Assembly: GCA_963748625.1 (NCBI GenBank)
Contig: CAVVJT010000010.1
Coordinates: forward strand, 544,001 to 608,000
Length of the DNA stretch: 64,000 nucleotides
Reading direction: 5' to 3'
Source of the DNA: an uncultured Chloroflexia bacterium
GTDB taxonomy: Bacteria; Chloroflexota; Limnocylindria; Limnocylindrales; CSP1-4
Below are positions 33,272-43,595 of the stretch, piece after piece (position 1 is the first letter of the stretch; every line of letters begins with the position of its first letter). Below the pieces are notes generated by a model, which saw nothing but the letters and a program-made list of their open reading frames with translations, was not told where the DNA came from and ran no database searches. A program made the position numbers and the translations under genes.

Positions 33272-34261
33272 TTACTTGTAGAGGACCGCCTGGATCTCGG
33301 GGTTCTCGATGTTGGTCTTGTCGTACCAGTAGTAGCCGGTGTCGATGATCTTCTCCATGGACTTGCCGGCGATGGCGTCCATGGCGGCGGAGACGCACTT
33401 GGCGCCGATGCCGATGGGGTTCTGGGTGATCGCGCCGGCCTCGGTGCCGTCGTTGATCGCGGTGATCTGCTGCTCGCCGGAGTCGTAGCCGATGGCCACG
33501 ATGTCGGACTTGCCAGTCTCCTTGAGCGAGTTGAGGATGCCCTTGATGGAGCCCTCATTCGCGCCGAAGAAGCCCTTGAGGTCCGGGTTGGCCGTCATGA
33601 TGGCCTTGGCAAGGTCGCCCGACTTGACCGGGTCGCCCGCGCCGTACTCGATCGCGACGACTTCGATGTTGGGGTGCTTCTCTTCCATCGCCTTGACGAA
33701 GCCGTCGCGGCGGTCGATGCCCGTGCGGGAGGTCTGGTCGTGGACGATGACCGCAACCTTGCCGGCGTCGCCGATGAGCTTCGCCATCTGGTCAGCGGCC
33801 TCGCCGGCGGCCGCGATGTTGTCGGTGGTGACGGTGGTGACCGGGATTTCGCTGTCGACACCGCTGTCGAAGCCGACGACCGGGATACCGGCAGCCTTGG
33901 CCTTCTCGAGCAGCGGCGTGGCGGCCTTGCTGTCGAGGGCAGCGAAGCAGATCGCCGCCGGCTTCTTGTCAAGCGCCGTCTGCAGCATGGTGAGCTGCTT
34001 GTCGACCTCGGACTCGGACGCCGGGCCCTCGTAGCTGATCGTGGCGCCAAGCTTGGCGGCCTCGTCGGTCGCGCCCTTCTGGACAGCCTGCCAGAACTGG
34101 TGCTGCGAGCCCTTGGAGACGATGGCGATGTACGGCGCCTCGCCGCCAGCAGCCGTTGTCGCTGCCGGGGCGGTCGTCGCGGCGCTGCCACCGCAGGCAG
34201 CCAGGAACGAGGCCATGACGATCGCGCCTGCGACCGGGGCCATGTAGCGGGTGAGCTTCAT
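33272..34261 (-). CDS. Sugar ABC transporter substrate-binding lipoprotein (RbsB-like)
   Basis: Lipobox LAAC, VSKGSQHQFWQAV, GIPVVGFDS, TDN, GYD, TQNP. GGAGGAG RBS. Confidence 0.92.
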   Translation of the reverse strand: MKLTRYMAPVAGAIVMASFLAACGGSAATTAPAATTAAGGEAPYIAIVSKGSQHQFWQAVQKGATDEAAKLGATISYEGPASESEVDKQLTMLQTALDKKPAAICFAALDSKAATPLLEKAKAAGIPVVGFDSGVDSEIPVTTVTTDNIAAAGEAADQMAKLIGDAGKVAVIVHDQTSRTGIDRRDGFVKAMEEKHPNIEVVAIEYGAGDPVKSGDLAKAIMTANPDLKGFFGANEGSIKGILNSLKETGKSDIVAIGYDSGEQQITAINDGTEAGAITQNPIGIGAKCVSAAMDAIAGKSMEKIIDTGYYWYDKTNIENPEIQAVLYK

Positions 34262-34365
34262 GCTCCTCCTCCGTGAAAGTGGTTGACCTGCCGAGCCGGG
34301 GCCGCCCGAAGATCGGCTGCCCGGCGCCTGGTCCGGATGGATGTGGGCCGGAGGCCCGTGGTGCG

Positions 34366-35352
34366 TTACCCGCGCCGGCGGCGACGGGCGATGTCGAGCC
34401 AGACGGCGCCGATGACCACGAGGCCCGTGATCACCAGCTTCCACTGGTCGGGAACGCCGATGATGGACAGGCCGATCGTCAGCGTGCTGATGATGAACGC
34501 GCCGATGATCGTGCCGAAGATGCTGCCCTCGCCGCCGGACAGTGACGTGCCGCCGATGACGGCCGCGGCGATCGCATCAAGCTCGTAGCCCATGCCGACC
34601 GACGGCTGGGCCGAGTTCATGCGCGAGGCGATGAGGACGCCCGCGAGGCCCGAGAAGAGGCCGCCCAAGGTGTAGACGGCGATCTTCCAGCGGTCCACGT
34701 TGACACCGGAGAGGCGGGTCGCCTCCTCGTTGGAGCCGAGTGCGAAGGTGTAGCGCCCGAGGGTGGTCTTGGTCAGGATGAGGCTGGCCACGATGGCCGC
34801 CCCGAACATGATGAACACGGTGTTCGGGATGCCCAGGATGAACTTGCCCATGAAGAACTCGTAGAACGCCGGCGTGCCATCGAAGTAGATGGGCTTGACG
34901 TCCGAGAGGATCTGGGCGAGACCGCGGGTGACGTTGAGCATGCCGAGGGTGGCGATGAACGGGGGCAGCTTCGCCTTGGCGATGAGCAGGCCGTTCACGA
35001 GGCCGACCGCCATGCCCGCGAGCAGGGCGGCGGGGATGCCCAGCCAGAGCGGGAACCCGGCGTTGGTGACGACGAGGCCCATGCAGACCGATGCGAAGGT
35101 CATCGTGGTGCCGACGGACAGGTCGATGCCGCCGGTGATGATGACGAACGTCACGCCCATGGCGAGCACACCGTTGACCGCGGTGGCGACCAGGATCGAG
35201 ATGTAGTTGTCGAGCGTCCTGAAGGGCGCCGAGATGGCGGAGAAGAAGATCAGCAGGATCAGCAGGCCGCCCAGCGCCAGCACCTGCTGGAGCGAGTCGC
35301 CGCCGAGCGCGGACTTGAACCGCGACTTGCCGACTCCGGTCGTCATGGCCAT
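34366..35352 (-). CDS. Sugar ABC transporter permease (RbsC-like)
   Basis: TFVIITGGIDLSVG, PPFIATLG, YELDAIAAAVIGGTSLSGG. Confidence 0.93.
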   Translation of the reverse strand: MAMTTGVGKSRFKSALGGDSLQQVLALGGLLILLIFFSAISAPFRTLDNYISILVATAVNGVLAMGVTFVIITGGIDLSVGTTMTFASVCMGLVVTNAGFPLWLGIPAALLAGMAVGLVNGLLIAKAKLPPFIATLGMLNVTRGLAQILSDVKPIYFDGTPAFYEFFMGKFILGIPNTVFIMFGAAIVASLILTKTTLGRYTFALGSNEEATRLSGVNVDRWKIAVYTLGGLFSGLAGVLIASRMNSAQPSVGMGYELDAIAAAVIGGTSLSGGEGSIFGTIIGAFIISTLTIGLSIIGVPDQWKLVITGLVVIGAVWLDIARRRRRG

Positions 35353-35412
35353 CGGACTGTTGCCCTCGTCTGGTCGGTTCGGGTGGTCAGGTTAGGTGGT
35401 CGTGTTCGGGGG

Positions 35413-36921
35413 TCAGGCGGCCGCGATCGACTCGCGCTGGGTGGCGTACGTCATGATCCGCTCCTGCGACGCCTCGGCGGCGGAGAGCTCCCCGGTGATG
35501 CGCCCTTCGCACATCACGAGGATCCGGTGGCTCATGCGCAGGATCTCGGGCAGCTCGGAGCTGATCATGATCACGGACTTGCCCTGGCGGGCCAGGTCGT
35601 TGAGGAGGCGGTAGATCTCGCTCTTCGCGCCGACGTCGATGCCACGGGTGGGCTCGTCGAAGATCAGGATGTCGGTGTCGGCGGTCAGCCACTTGGCGAT
35701 GACCACCTTCTGCTGGTTGCCGCCGGAGAGGTTCTTCACCTTCTGCTTGATGCCCGGCGTCTTGATCGCAAGGCTCTGGACGTACTCCAGCGCGTTCTGC
35801 CTCGTACGTGCAAACCTGATCGTGCCCAGGGGCCCGGTGAACTTGCTCAGGCTGGCCATCGCCGTGTTGGCCTCGACGTCCATCGGGAGCGCGAGGCCAT
35901 AGCGCTTGCGATCCTCGGACAGGTAGGCGATGCCGGCATGAACGGCGTCCTGGGGGGTCTTGATCGAGACGGCCTTGCCGTGGATCAGGATCTCGCCGGA
36001 GTCCTTGGCATCCGCCCCGAACACCGCGCGCATCACCTCGGTCCGGCCGGCGCCCACGAGACCCGCCACGCCGAGAATCTCGCCCCTGCGCAGCTGGAAG
36101 CTCACGTCACGGATCACGCGACCCCGGTTGAGGTTGCGGACCTCGAGGACGACCTCCTGGCTGGGGTTCTCGGGCAGCTCCGGCGACTCCTCGAAGATGG
36201 TCCGGCCGACCATCATGGAGATGATGTCCTGGATGGTCACGTCGGCCGTGGTCACGGTGTCGATGAACTTGCCGTCCCGCATGACCGTGACACGGTCGGT
36301 GATCTTCTTGAGCTCCTCGAGGCGGTGCGAGATGTGCACGATGCCGTGGCCGCGCTCGCGCAGGTGGCGCGTGATGCGGAAGAGCTCCTCGATCTCGGTC
36401 TCGGTCAGGGCGGCGGTCGGCTCGTCCATGATCAGGACGTCCGGGTTGTAGGAGAACGCCTTGGCGATCTCCACCATCTGCTGCTGCGCAACCGCCAGGC
36501 CGGAGACCCGCGCGTGCGGATCGAGGTGGATGTGGAGCTCCTGGAACAGCTCCTCGGCCTTGCGGTTGAGGGCCTTCTCCTTGAGCACGAACCCCACGCG
36601 CGGCTCGCGCCCGATGAAGATGTTCTGGGCAACGGTGAGGTGGCCCGCGAGGTTGAGCTCCTGGTGGATGATCGCGATGCCCAGGGCCTGCGCCGCGCGC
36701 GGGTTGGGGATGTCGACCTCCTGGCCCCTCACCTTGATGGTGCCCCCGTCGCGCTTGTAGATGCCCGACAGGACCTTCATCAGGGTGGACTTGCCGGCGC
36801 CGTTCTCGCCAACGAGCGCGTGGACCTCACCGGATCGGAGCTCGAAGCGCGCGTTGTCGAGCGCGTGCACACCCGGGAAGCTCTTGGAGATGTCCATCAT
36901 CTCGACCAGGAGTTCGCCCAT
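35413..36921 (-). CDS. Sugar ABC transporter ATP-binding protein (RbsA-like)
   Basis: [34 protein letters not shown]; two NBDs. Confidence 0.95.
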   Translation of the reverse strand: MGELLVEMMDISKSFPGVHALDNARFELRSGEVHALVGENGAGKSTLMKVLSGIYKRDGGTIKVRGQEVDIPNPRAAQALGIAIIHQELNLAGHLTVAQNIFIGREPRVGFVLKEKALNRKAEELFQELHIHLDPHARVSGLAVAQQQMVEIAKAFSYNPDVLIMDEPTAALTETEIEELFRITRHLRERGHGIVHISHRLEELKKITDRVTVMRDGKFIDTVTTADVTIQDIISMMVGRTIFEESPELPENPSQEVVLEVRNLNRGRVIRDVSFQLRRGEILGVAGLVGAGRTEVMRAVFGADAKDSGEILIHGKAVSIKTPQDAVHAGIAYLSEDRKRYGLALPMDVEANTAMASLSKFTGPLGTIRFARTRQNALEYVQSLAIKTPGIKQKVKNLSGGNQQKVVIAKWLTADTDILIFDEPTRGIDVGAKSEIYRLLNDLARQGKSVIMISSELPEILRMSHRILVMCEGRITGELSAAEASQERIMTYATQRESIAAA

Positions 36922-36972
36922 CGCGGATCCTCTGCAGGGGGAGCGGCGGCCGACCGGGTGTCGGGAGGGTTG

Positions 36973-36998
36973 TGTTACCGGTATCAGTTATCGATAAC
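36973..36998. promoter_or_regulatory. Two adjacent LacI-type operator candidates upstream of the sugar operon
   Basis: TGTTACCGGTATCA (36973-36986) and the perfect palindrome GTTATCGATAAC (36987-36998), both with a central CG, in an AT-rich patch about 50-80 bp upstream of the ATPase gene. Confidence 0.65.
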
Positions 36999-37152
36999 AC
37001 GCGGCACAATACCGCACCCGTCAAGGGTTTGCATAGTGTTTTCGCAGGGTTTCTGGACGGTTGCACGTGGCGGGGTCCCGGCCCGTGGTCGGCTCGTCCG
37101 CGGCTCGTCCTCGGCTCGTCCGCGGTGGCGCCGGGCAGGTCGCGCGCCAGCG

Positions 37153-37277
37153 GCATCGTGCCCCATCACGGGGGCGTTCTGGCACCGCTCACGCACGCGG
37201 TGCGCACGCAACCTGTGGTTTCGCCCCCGGTCCGTGCTCAGCCTGCCGCGAAACGCCCCCCACGTGGGGCGCGACGC
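37153..37277. repeat. 125-bp element copy 1 with imperfect terminal inverted repeats (MITE/REP-like)
   Basis: Nearly identical to 37378-37502; ends GCATCGTGCCCCATCACGGGGGCGTT / AACGCCCCCCACGTGGGGCGCGACGC. Confidence 0.85.
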
Positions 37278-37377
37278 TCACAAGCGCCCGGTGAGTGCGG
37301 CGGCGCATCGATTCGCACCGTACCCGGCGACCCCTCCACGAGACGATCTGGCCGGCCTGACTCGGCATGGACCACTG

Positions 37378-37502
37378 GCCTCGTGCCCCACCACGGGGGC
37401 GTTCTGGCAACGCTCACGCACGCGCTGCGCACGCAACCTGTGGTTTCGCCCCCAGTCCGTGCTCAGCCTGCCGCGAAACGCCCCCCACGTGGGGCGCGAC
37501 GC
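37378..37502. repeat. 125-bp element copy 2
   Basis: Direct repeat of 37153-37277 with a few substitutions. Confidence 0.85.
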
Positions 37503-37527
37503 CCCCGCGGCGCGGACCCTTCGCCCC

Positions 37528-38538
37528 TCACCTGTCGCAGCGGATGACGACCTTGTGTCCATCGCGCCGCACGGCGGTCCCGAACGCGGCTCCTGCCTCG
37601 GCCAGCGGGAACCGGTGGCTCACCACGGCGCCCGGATCCACCCGCCCGCTGACCGCAAGGGCGATGGCCTCGTCATGGACGCGGTTCATCCGCCGCGCGA
37701 ACCGCAGGTCCGCGCCCTTGCGACGAAGCACCGAGACCGGGATCACGGCCTCGTTGCCCACCGGGATCCCGGCGACCACGACCACACCTGCAGGCCGCAC
37801 GAGCGCGGCTGCCGTCGCCACGGCGTCATCATCCCCGGCGATCTCGATCGCCACATCGACCGGGCGCCCGCCCAGGGCATCGAGCAACCGGACCCGCTCC
37901 TCTCCCCCGTCCACGAGCTCCGCGTGCGCACCCTCGGCACGAGCCGCGAGGACGCGATGGGGCAACCGGTCGGTCGCGACCACGCTCGTGGCGCCGGCCG
38001 CGAAGGCGAGGCGGATGAGCAGGCGCCCGATGGGCCCGGCGCCCAGGACCGCCACCGTCCCGCCGGGCGCGAACCTGGCGAGCCGGAACGCGTGGAGCGC
38101 CACCCCGAGCGGCTCCAGCATCGCGGCGGCGTCATCGTCCAGGGCGTCGGGCACCCGGACGAGGCGGTCCTGCGGCCACGCGATGAGCTCACGCAGGGCC
38201 CCGTCAGTGTCGCTGTGGCCCAGGAACCGCACGTTCGGACAGAGATGGCCGAGGCCGCGTGCGCAGGTCGGGCAGGCCTCGCACGCGAGGTTGGGATCGA
38301 TGGCCACCCGCTCCCCTGAGCGCGGACCCGATGCGATGACACCTGCCGCCTCGTGGCCCAGCACGAGCGGCCGCTCAAGGTGCGCGTCCCCGATGCCCGA
38401 CTGGTCGTACCAGTGGAGATCCGAGCCGCAGATTCCCACCGCCGTCACGCGCACGAGCACCTCGCCCGGGCCCGCCTCTGGGGCCGGCTCGTCGGTGATG
38501 CGGATGTCGCCGGCCCCGTGGAGACGCGCGGTTCGCAT
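37528..38538 (-). CDS. Zn-dependent alcohol/polyol dehydrogenase (sorbitol dehydrogenase-like)
   Basis: VGICGSDLHW, LGHE, CEACPTC..HLC, LEPLGVALHA, GAGPIG. Confidence 0.9.
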   Translation of the reverse strand: MRTARLHGAGDIRITDEPAPEAGPGEVLVRVTAVGICGSDLHWYDQSGIGDAHLERPLVLGHEAAGVIASGPRSGERVAIDPNLACEACPTCARGLGHLCPNVRFLGHSDTDGALRELIAWPQDRLVRVPDALDDDAAAMLEPLGVALHAFRLARFAPGGTVAVLGAGPIGRLLIRLAFAAGATSVVATDRLPHRVLAARAEGAHAELVDGGEERVRLLDALGGRPVDVAIEIAGDDDAVATAAALVRPAGVVVVAGIPVGNEAVIPVSVLRRKGADLRFARRMNRVHDEAIALAVSGRVDPGAVVSHRFPLAEAGAAFGTAVRRDGHKVVIRCDR

Positions 38539-38562
38539 GGCAGTCCTCCGGTGGTGACCTGC

Positions 38563-38664
38563 TCAGGCGCCCGCGAAGAACGCGAACAGGCGCGCACCGG
38601 CGAGAACCCCGGCAACCATCGCGGCGACCATGGCCAGGTGCACGAGCGGACGGGGCAGGCTCAT
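38563..38664 (-). CDS. Small hydrophobic protein (33 aa), not in ORF track
   Basis: MSLPRPLVHLAMVAAMVAGVLAGARLFAFFAGA; ATG overlaps the upstream stop (ATGA); GC3-biased codons; single TM. Confidence 0.5.
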   Translation of the reverse strand: MSLPRPLVHLAMVAAMVAGVLAGARLFAFFAGA

Positions 38665-39557
38665 TGGCGGCTCTCCAGCTCGCGCACGATGGCGTCCTTC
38701 GCGGTCTCGTACTCGGCGGGCTCCAGGAGCCCCCGGTCCCGCATGTCGCCCAGGCGCTCGAGGCGGTCGAGCAGCGCCTGGGTGCCCTCGTCGAATTCCG
38801 CGGACCCACCGCCCGCAGGGTCGGGCTGCGCGGCGCCCGGATCGGTCTGCACGCCAGCCGCATCGGCGACCTCGTCGGGCACCAGCGCCGGCGTCACGGC
38901 CTCGACCTTGTCGAGCGCGGCCTCCATCGCTGCCGCGATCGCGGCCATCTGCTCGCGGGCCTCGGGATCGTCGGCAGGGACGACCCGCACGCCATCAGGT
39001 CCCACGATGCGGATGATGGTCCCGGTGGCGGGATCCGGCTCGTACGGCAGCTTCGCCGCCTTGCGTGCCGCGCGGTTCGCCACGGCATCCGCCGGCGCCG
39101 CCTTGAGCGCGGCCCCCAGCGGCACAAGGGCGACCAGCGGGCCCGCGGCCATGAGCCAGAACATGACCCCGCAGATCGCCCAGCCCCACTCGATCTGGCC
39201 GAAGGGCGGGGCGAACACGCCGTACTGCATGAAGTTCCACCCGAGCGCCCCGAACAGCGCCGACCAGCCGAGCAGGGGCGCGCCAGCCCAGATCCCGCCC
39301 ACCCGGACGCCGTAGCCCGTGGCGATGGCGCCGAACAGGAACAGGCCGAAGATGCCGAGGAACATCGAGGGCATCGCCGCATCCGGACAGCCCTGGGCGA
39401 TGACGTACGGGCCACCCTCGGCGCAGTACCCGCCGATGTCCATCACGGTCCGCATCCCGAGGAAGAGCAGCGTGATGCACATGGCGCCCCCGGCATAGCC
39501 GAGGGCCGCGAGGGCCACCACCTTGGCCGGGACGCCGGCCTTCGCTGCGTCTGCCAT
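38661..39557 (-). CDS. Membrane protein with C-terminal SHOCT domain
   Basis: Four hydrophobic segments, GGYCAEGGPYVIAQGCP loop, C-terminal LERLGDMRDRGLLEPAEYETAK. Confidence 0.75.
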   Translation of the reverse strand: MADAAKAGVPAKVVALAALGYAGGAMCITLLFLGMRTVMDIGGYCAEGGPYVIAQGCPDAAMPSMFLGIFGLFLFGAIATGYGVRVGGIWAGAPLLGWSALFGALGWNFMQYGVFAPPFGQIEWGWAICGVMFWLMAAGPLVALVPLGAALKAAPADAVANRAARKAAKLPYEPDPATGTIIRIVGPDGVRVVPADDPEAREQMAAIAAAMEAALDKVEAVTPALVPDEVADAAGVQTDPGAAQPDPAGGGSAEFDEGTQALLDRLERLGDMRDRGLLEPAEYETAKDAIVRELESRQ

Positions 39558-39609
39558 GCCCACCTCCCGTGCGGCGTGGGAACCGGCGGGCCCTGCCCGC
39601 CCCCGTGCA

Positions 39610-41019
39610 CTACGGCCTGACGGCCGCCATCCTGTCGAGGATCAGGTGCTTCACGTTCTCGAGCGGCACGCGCTCCTGCGTCATCGAGTCGCGGTCGCGG
39701 ATTGTCACGGCGCCGTCCTCGAGGGAGTCCACGTCCACCGTCACGCACCACGGCGTGCCGATCTCGTCCTGGCGCCGGTACAGCTTGCCGATGGCCGCAG
39801 TGTCGTCGTAGACCGCCATCATGTCGCGCTTGAGGTCGCCGAGCAGCCGGTGGCACATCTCCACGATCTCGGGGCGCTTCTTGAGCAGCGGCAGCACGGC
39901 GACCTTGTATGGCGCGAGGTCCGGGTGAAGGCCGAGGACCACGCGGGTCTCGCCGCGGACCTCCTCCTCACGGTAGGCGTCGATGAGGAAGGTGAACGCC
40001 GCGCGATCGGCGCCGGCGGCCGTCTCCACGATCCACGGGATGAAGTGCTCGCCCGAAGCCTGGTCGAAGTACTCGAGGTTCTCGCCCGAAGCCTTCGCGT
40101 GGTTGCCCAGGTCGAAGTCGCCCCGGTTGTGGACGCCCTCGAGCTCCTTCCAGCCGAACGGGAAGCGGTACTCCACGTCGATCGCCTTCTTGGCGTAGTG
40201 GGCCAGCTCGTCCGACGCGTGCTCGCGGAAGCGCAGGCGGGCCGGGTTCACGCCGTACGCCTCGTACCAGGCCTTGCGCCGCGGCAGCCAGTACTCGAAC
40301 GCCTCCGATGCGCCCGTGTCCGGCCGGACGAAGTACTGCATCTCCATCTGCTCGAACTCCCGCATCCGGAACACGAAGTTGCCGGGCGAGATCTCGTTGC
40401 GGAAGGACTTGCCGATCTGCGCGATGCCGAAGGGGACCTTCTTGCGCGAGCTCTGCTGGACGTTCTTGAAGTTGACGTACGAGCCCTGGGCGGTCTCCGG
40501 GCGGAAGTAGACGACGTTGCCATCGTCCTCCACCGGACCCATGTGGCTGGTGAACATCAGGTTGAAGCGGCGCGGAGCCGAAAGCGGTTTGCCGTCGTTG
40601 GGGCACACCAGGCCGAGGCGCTGGCTCACCGTCTCATCGCGGAGGTCCGTCTGGGTCAGGTTCTCGGTGCCCGGCAGCTCGTCGAGGCGGTACCGGCGGC
40701 GGCACTCCGCGCACTCGACGAGCGGGTCGGAGAAGGAGCCCACGTGGCCCGACGTGACCCATACCTGGGGGTGCATCAGGATGCCGGCATCAAGCCCCAC
40801 GATGTCATTGCGGTCCTGGACCATCGCCCGCCACCACGCGCGCTTGACGTTGTTCTTCAGCTCCACGCCGAGGGGCCCGTAGTCCCACACAGCGTTGATG
40901 CCGCCGTAGATCTCCGACGACGGGAAGACGAAGCCGCGGCGCTTGGCCAGCGACACGATGGTCTCGAGGTTGGCGACAGCGGGCGCGACGGCGTTGGGAT
41001 CGACAGCGGGATCGGTCAC
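39610..41019 (-). CDS. glyQS: Glycine--tRNA ligase (alpha2 homodimeric type)
   Basis: [62 protein letters not shown]. Confidence 0.96.
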   Translation of the reverse strand: MTDPAVDPNAVAPAVANLETIVSLAKRRGFVFPSSEIYGGINAVWDYGPLGVELKNNVKRAWWRAMVQDRNDIVGLDAGILMHPQVWVTSGHVGSFSDPLVECAECRRRYRLDELPGTENLTQTDLRDETVSQRLGLVCPNDGKPLSAPRRFNLMFTSHMGPVEDDGNVVYFRPETAQGSYVNFKNVQQSSRKKVPFGIAQIGKSFRNEISPGNFVFRMREFEQMEMQYFVRPDTGASEAFEYWLPRRKAWYEAYGVNPARLRFREHASDELAHYAKKAIDVEYRFPFGWKELEGVHNRGDFDLGNHAKASGENLEYFDQASGEHFIPWIVETAAGADRAAFTFLIDAYREEEVRGETRVVLGLHPDLAPYKVAVLPLLKKRPEIVEMCHRLLGDLKRDMMAVYDDTAAIGKLYRRQDEIGTPWCVTVDVDSLEDGAVTIRDRDSMTQERVPLENVKHLILDRMAAVRP

Positions 41020-41124
41020 GGGGTCAAGGGCTCCGAGGGCCCGCGGCCTTGGCAGGGACACGGGCAGGCGTGATGGGCGGTGGACGGAGCCCGATCGTAG
41101 CAGAGCGCCATGCCCGCCCCGTGC

Positions 41125-41937
41125 TCAGGTGCCGGTCTTGAACCGGTAGCCGACGCCGTACTCGGTGGCGATGAAGGCGCGCCCGGGCGACCCCTCCGCG
41201 AGCTTGTTGCGCAGGTTCCGCATCGTCACCCGCAACAGCTGCGTCTCCTCGCCGTAGGTGGGCCCCCACACGGCGCGCAGCAGGTCTGCATGCCCGATCG
41301 GCTCACCGGGGCGGGACGCGAGCACGACCAGGAGGCGGAACTCGGTCGGGGTGAGGTGGATCTCCCCAGTGACGCCGATGACCCGGCGGGCCGCCTGCTC
41401 GATCCGCAGACCGGGGTGCTCGAGCACGTCATCCCCGGCAGGCCGGGGCGCCGCGAGCTGGACGCGACGCAGGGCTGCCGCAACGCGGGCGACGAGCTCG
41501 GGCATGCGGACGGGCTTGGTGAGATAGTCGTCCGCCCCGGACTCGAGGCCCCGCACGACATCCCCCTCTCCGCCCATCGCGGTGACCATGAGGATCGGGA
41601 CCGTGCTGCGCACGCGGATCCACTGGGTGACCTCCCAGCCGCTCAGGCCCGGCAGGTTGAGGTCGAGAAGGACGAGATCCGGCGTCTCCTGCTCGAAGCG
41701 CCGCATCACCTCGAGCCCGTCGGCGGCCGTGGCGGTTCGCCAGCCGTGACGGCTGATCCACAGCTCCACCAGGTCACGGAACTCGGCCTCGTCCTCCACG
41801 ATCAGGACGAGCTCGCCATGACCGGGCACGGCCGGCTCCGGCACCGGCGGGGGCACGATGCGCCGGCGATCGGCCGGGCGCGCTCCTGCCGAACCGCCTG
41901 AGCCGGCCGCAGGCCCGGATCCTGACCGCGGGGTCAC
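41125..41937 (-). CDS. OmpR-family response regulator
   Basis: LIVEDE, LVLLDLNLP, GADDYLTKP, LTPTEFRLL, TEYGVGYRF; overlaps the kinase stop. Confidence 0.93.
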   Translation of the reverse strand: MTPRSGSGPAAGSGGSAGARPADRRRIVPPPVPEPAVPGHGELVLIVEDEAEFRDLVELWISRHGWRTATAADGLEVMRRFEQETPDLVLLDLNLPGLSGWEVTQWIRVRSTVPILMVTAMGGEGDVVRGLESGADDYLTKPVRMPELVARVAAALRRVQLAAPRPAGDDVLEHPGLRIEQAARRVIGVTGEIHLTPTEFRLLVVLASRPGEPIGHADLLRAVWGPTYGEETQLLRVTMRNLRNKLAEGSPGRAFIATEYGVGYRFKTGT

Positions 41938-43595
41938 AGGCCGTCACCCGCGCGAGCCGTCCGGCGGACCGCGGGCAGGGAGAACGAGATGGCGCTGGGC
42001 AGGCCAGGCTCCACCCAGATGGTGCCGCCGTGGGCCTCCACGAGCCGCCTGCACACGTACAGACCGGTGCCCGTGCCGCCTGGGTACGCGTCGTGGGCCG
42101 TGCGCCCGCGGTAGTGGCGATCGAACACCATGGCACGCTCCTCGGCCGGGATGCCGGGCCCGTCGTCACGGACGGTCACCACGACGGTGGTCCGCCGGCG
42201 GCGTGCCCTGATCTCGACGCCACCGCCGCCGCCGTAGCGCTGCGCATTGTCGACGAGGTTCACGAGCACGTGCCCGATGCGAGCCGCGTCCACGTCCACC
42301 TCGGGCAGGCCGGCGGGCACGGCCACGGCCACCGGAGGCATGTCCGGCCATTCGCCGATGCCGCCGATCGCGAGGTCCAGGAGCTCTGCCACCGCGACCG
42401 GCTCACGCCGGAGCCCCAGGCTCGCGTGCTCGAGCCCGGTGAGCGTGAGCAGCTCGTCCACGAGATCCCCGATCCTGTCCGCGGCCGAGCCGATCCTCTC
42501 GATCGAGCGCCGCTGGTCGGCAGCGTCGAGGCCCAGGCCGAGCAGCGTGTCAACGTGACCCAGGATGAGGGCGAGCGGCGTCCGCAGCTCGTGGGAGACC
42601 GCCGCCAGGAAGCTGGAGTGGAGCTCCGTCGAGGCCCGCTCGGCGCGCAGGTCTCGCAACACCACCACGGCACCGGTACGGACGCCGGACCCGGAATCCG
42701 CCATCACCGAGAAGGTGGCCTGGACCGGGATCGGCGCACCGTCGACGGGTCCCAGCTGCAGCTCGGCGACCGCGATCCCCGACGGGCCGCGCAGCACCTC
42801 CTCGAAGCGGCAGCGCCGACCACACCGGAGTCCAGCTGCGGTCTGGCAGCGGAGCAACGTGGCACACGTGGCGTCGTCGGGGATCGCACGCCCGCCCAGC
42901 AGCGTGGAGGCCGCCCGGTTCACGCGGACCACCCGCCGTCGCTCGTCCACCGCGATGATCCCCTCGGTGGCGCCGTCGAGGATCGCGGCCAGCAGGACCT
43001 GCTCGCCCGCCAGCTCCTCGCGCAGCAGCGCCGCCCGGAATGCGATCGCGAGCTCGTGGCGCACGAGGGCCAGGAACCGGATCCGGTCCGCGGTCAGGCG
43101 GCCCCCCTCTGCCGGACGCAGGGCGAGGTACCCGACGTTCTGCGGCCCGCTCGCCCCGGCGCCCGTGGCCAGGCGCTCGTCGAGTGGGACGCCATGCCAG
43201 CCGTGGCGCGTGAACCAGGAGCGCGCGATGCCGCCGGTCGCAAAGCGGCCAGGAATGATGCGCGGCGGCCAGTCACCCTCCTTGCCCGGTTCGGCCACGG
43301 TGCCGCCGATCGTCCAGCCGGTGGGACCGCTCGGGCCGAGGAGCAGATCCGGCTCCGTCGCGACCAGCCTGAGGCCGGGACGATCCGCCATGGTCAGCCA
43401 GATGCCGCCCGCGACCGCATCGGTGGCCCGCACGAGCTCGGCGATGACACTCGCGGTGAGCAGCGGGAGCGCACCGCCGAGGGCGACCAGCTGGCTGAGC
43501 TGGTACTGCGCGAAGACCGTGTCCGCCTGGCGCTGCGCCTCCTCGAAGGAGCGGCGCAGCTCCGCCTCGGTGAGGGCGGCGGTCCGGTCGATCAC
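41934..43595 (-). CDS. Soluble sensor histidine kinase (GAF-like + PAS + HisKA + HATPase)
   Basis: SHELRTPL, NLVDNA, DDGPGI, GTGTGL; PAS (AILDGATEGIIAVD..VNRAA); no TM helix seen. Confidence 0.9.
   Translation of the reverse strand: MIDRTAALTEAELRRSFEEAQRQADTVFAQYQLSQLVALGGALPLLTASVIAELVRATDAVAGGIWLTMADRPGLRLVATEPDLLLGPSGPTGWTIGGTVAEPGKEGDWPPRIIPGRFATGGIARSWFTRHGWHGVPLDERLATGAGASGPQNVGYLALRPAEGGRLTADRIRFLALVRHELAIAFRAALLREELAGEQVLLAAILDGATEGIIAVDERRRVVRVNRAASTLLGGRAIPDDATCATLLRCQTAAGLRCGRRCRFEEVLRGPSGIAVAELQLGPVDGAPIPVQATFSVMADSGSGVRTGAVVVLRDLRAERASTELHSSFLAAVSHELRTPLALILGHVDTLLGLGLDAADQRRSIERIGSAADRIGDLVDELLTLTGLEHASLGLRREPVAVAELLDLAIGGIGEWPDMPPVAVAVPAGLPEVDVDAARIGHVLVNLVDNAQRYGGGGGVEIRARRRRTTVVVTVRDDGPGIPAEERAMVFDRHYRGRTAHDAYPGGTGTGLYVCRRLVEAHGGTIWVEPGLPSAISFSLPAVRRTARAGDGL

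Noticed and set aside
37153-37502. Possible CRISPR-like repeat-spacer-repeat
   Set aside because: Repeat of 125 bp and spacer of 100 bp are far outside CRISPR dimensions; only two copies.
41020-41124. T-box riboswitch upstream of glyQS
   Set aside because: Only about 100 bp available and no T-box consensus or terminator seen.
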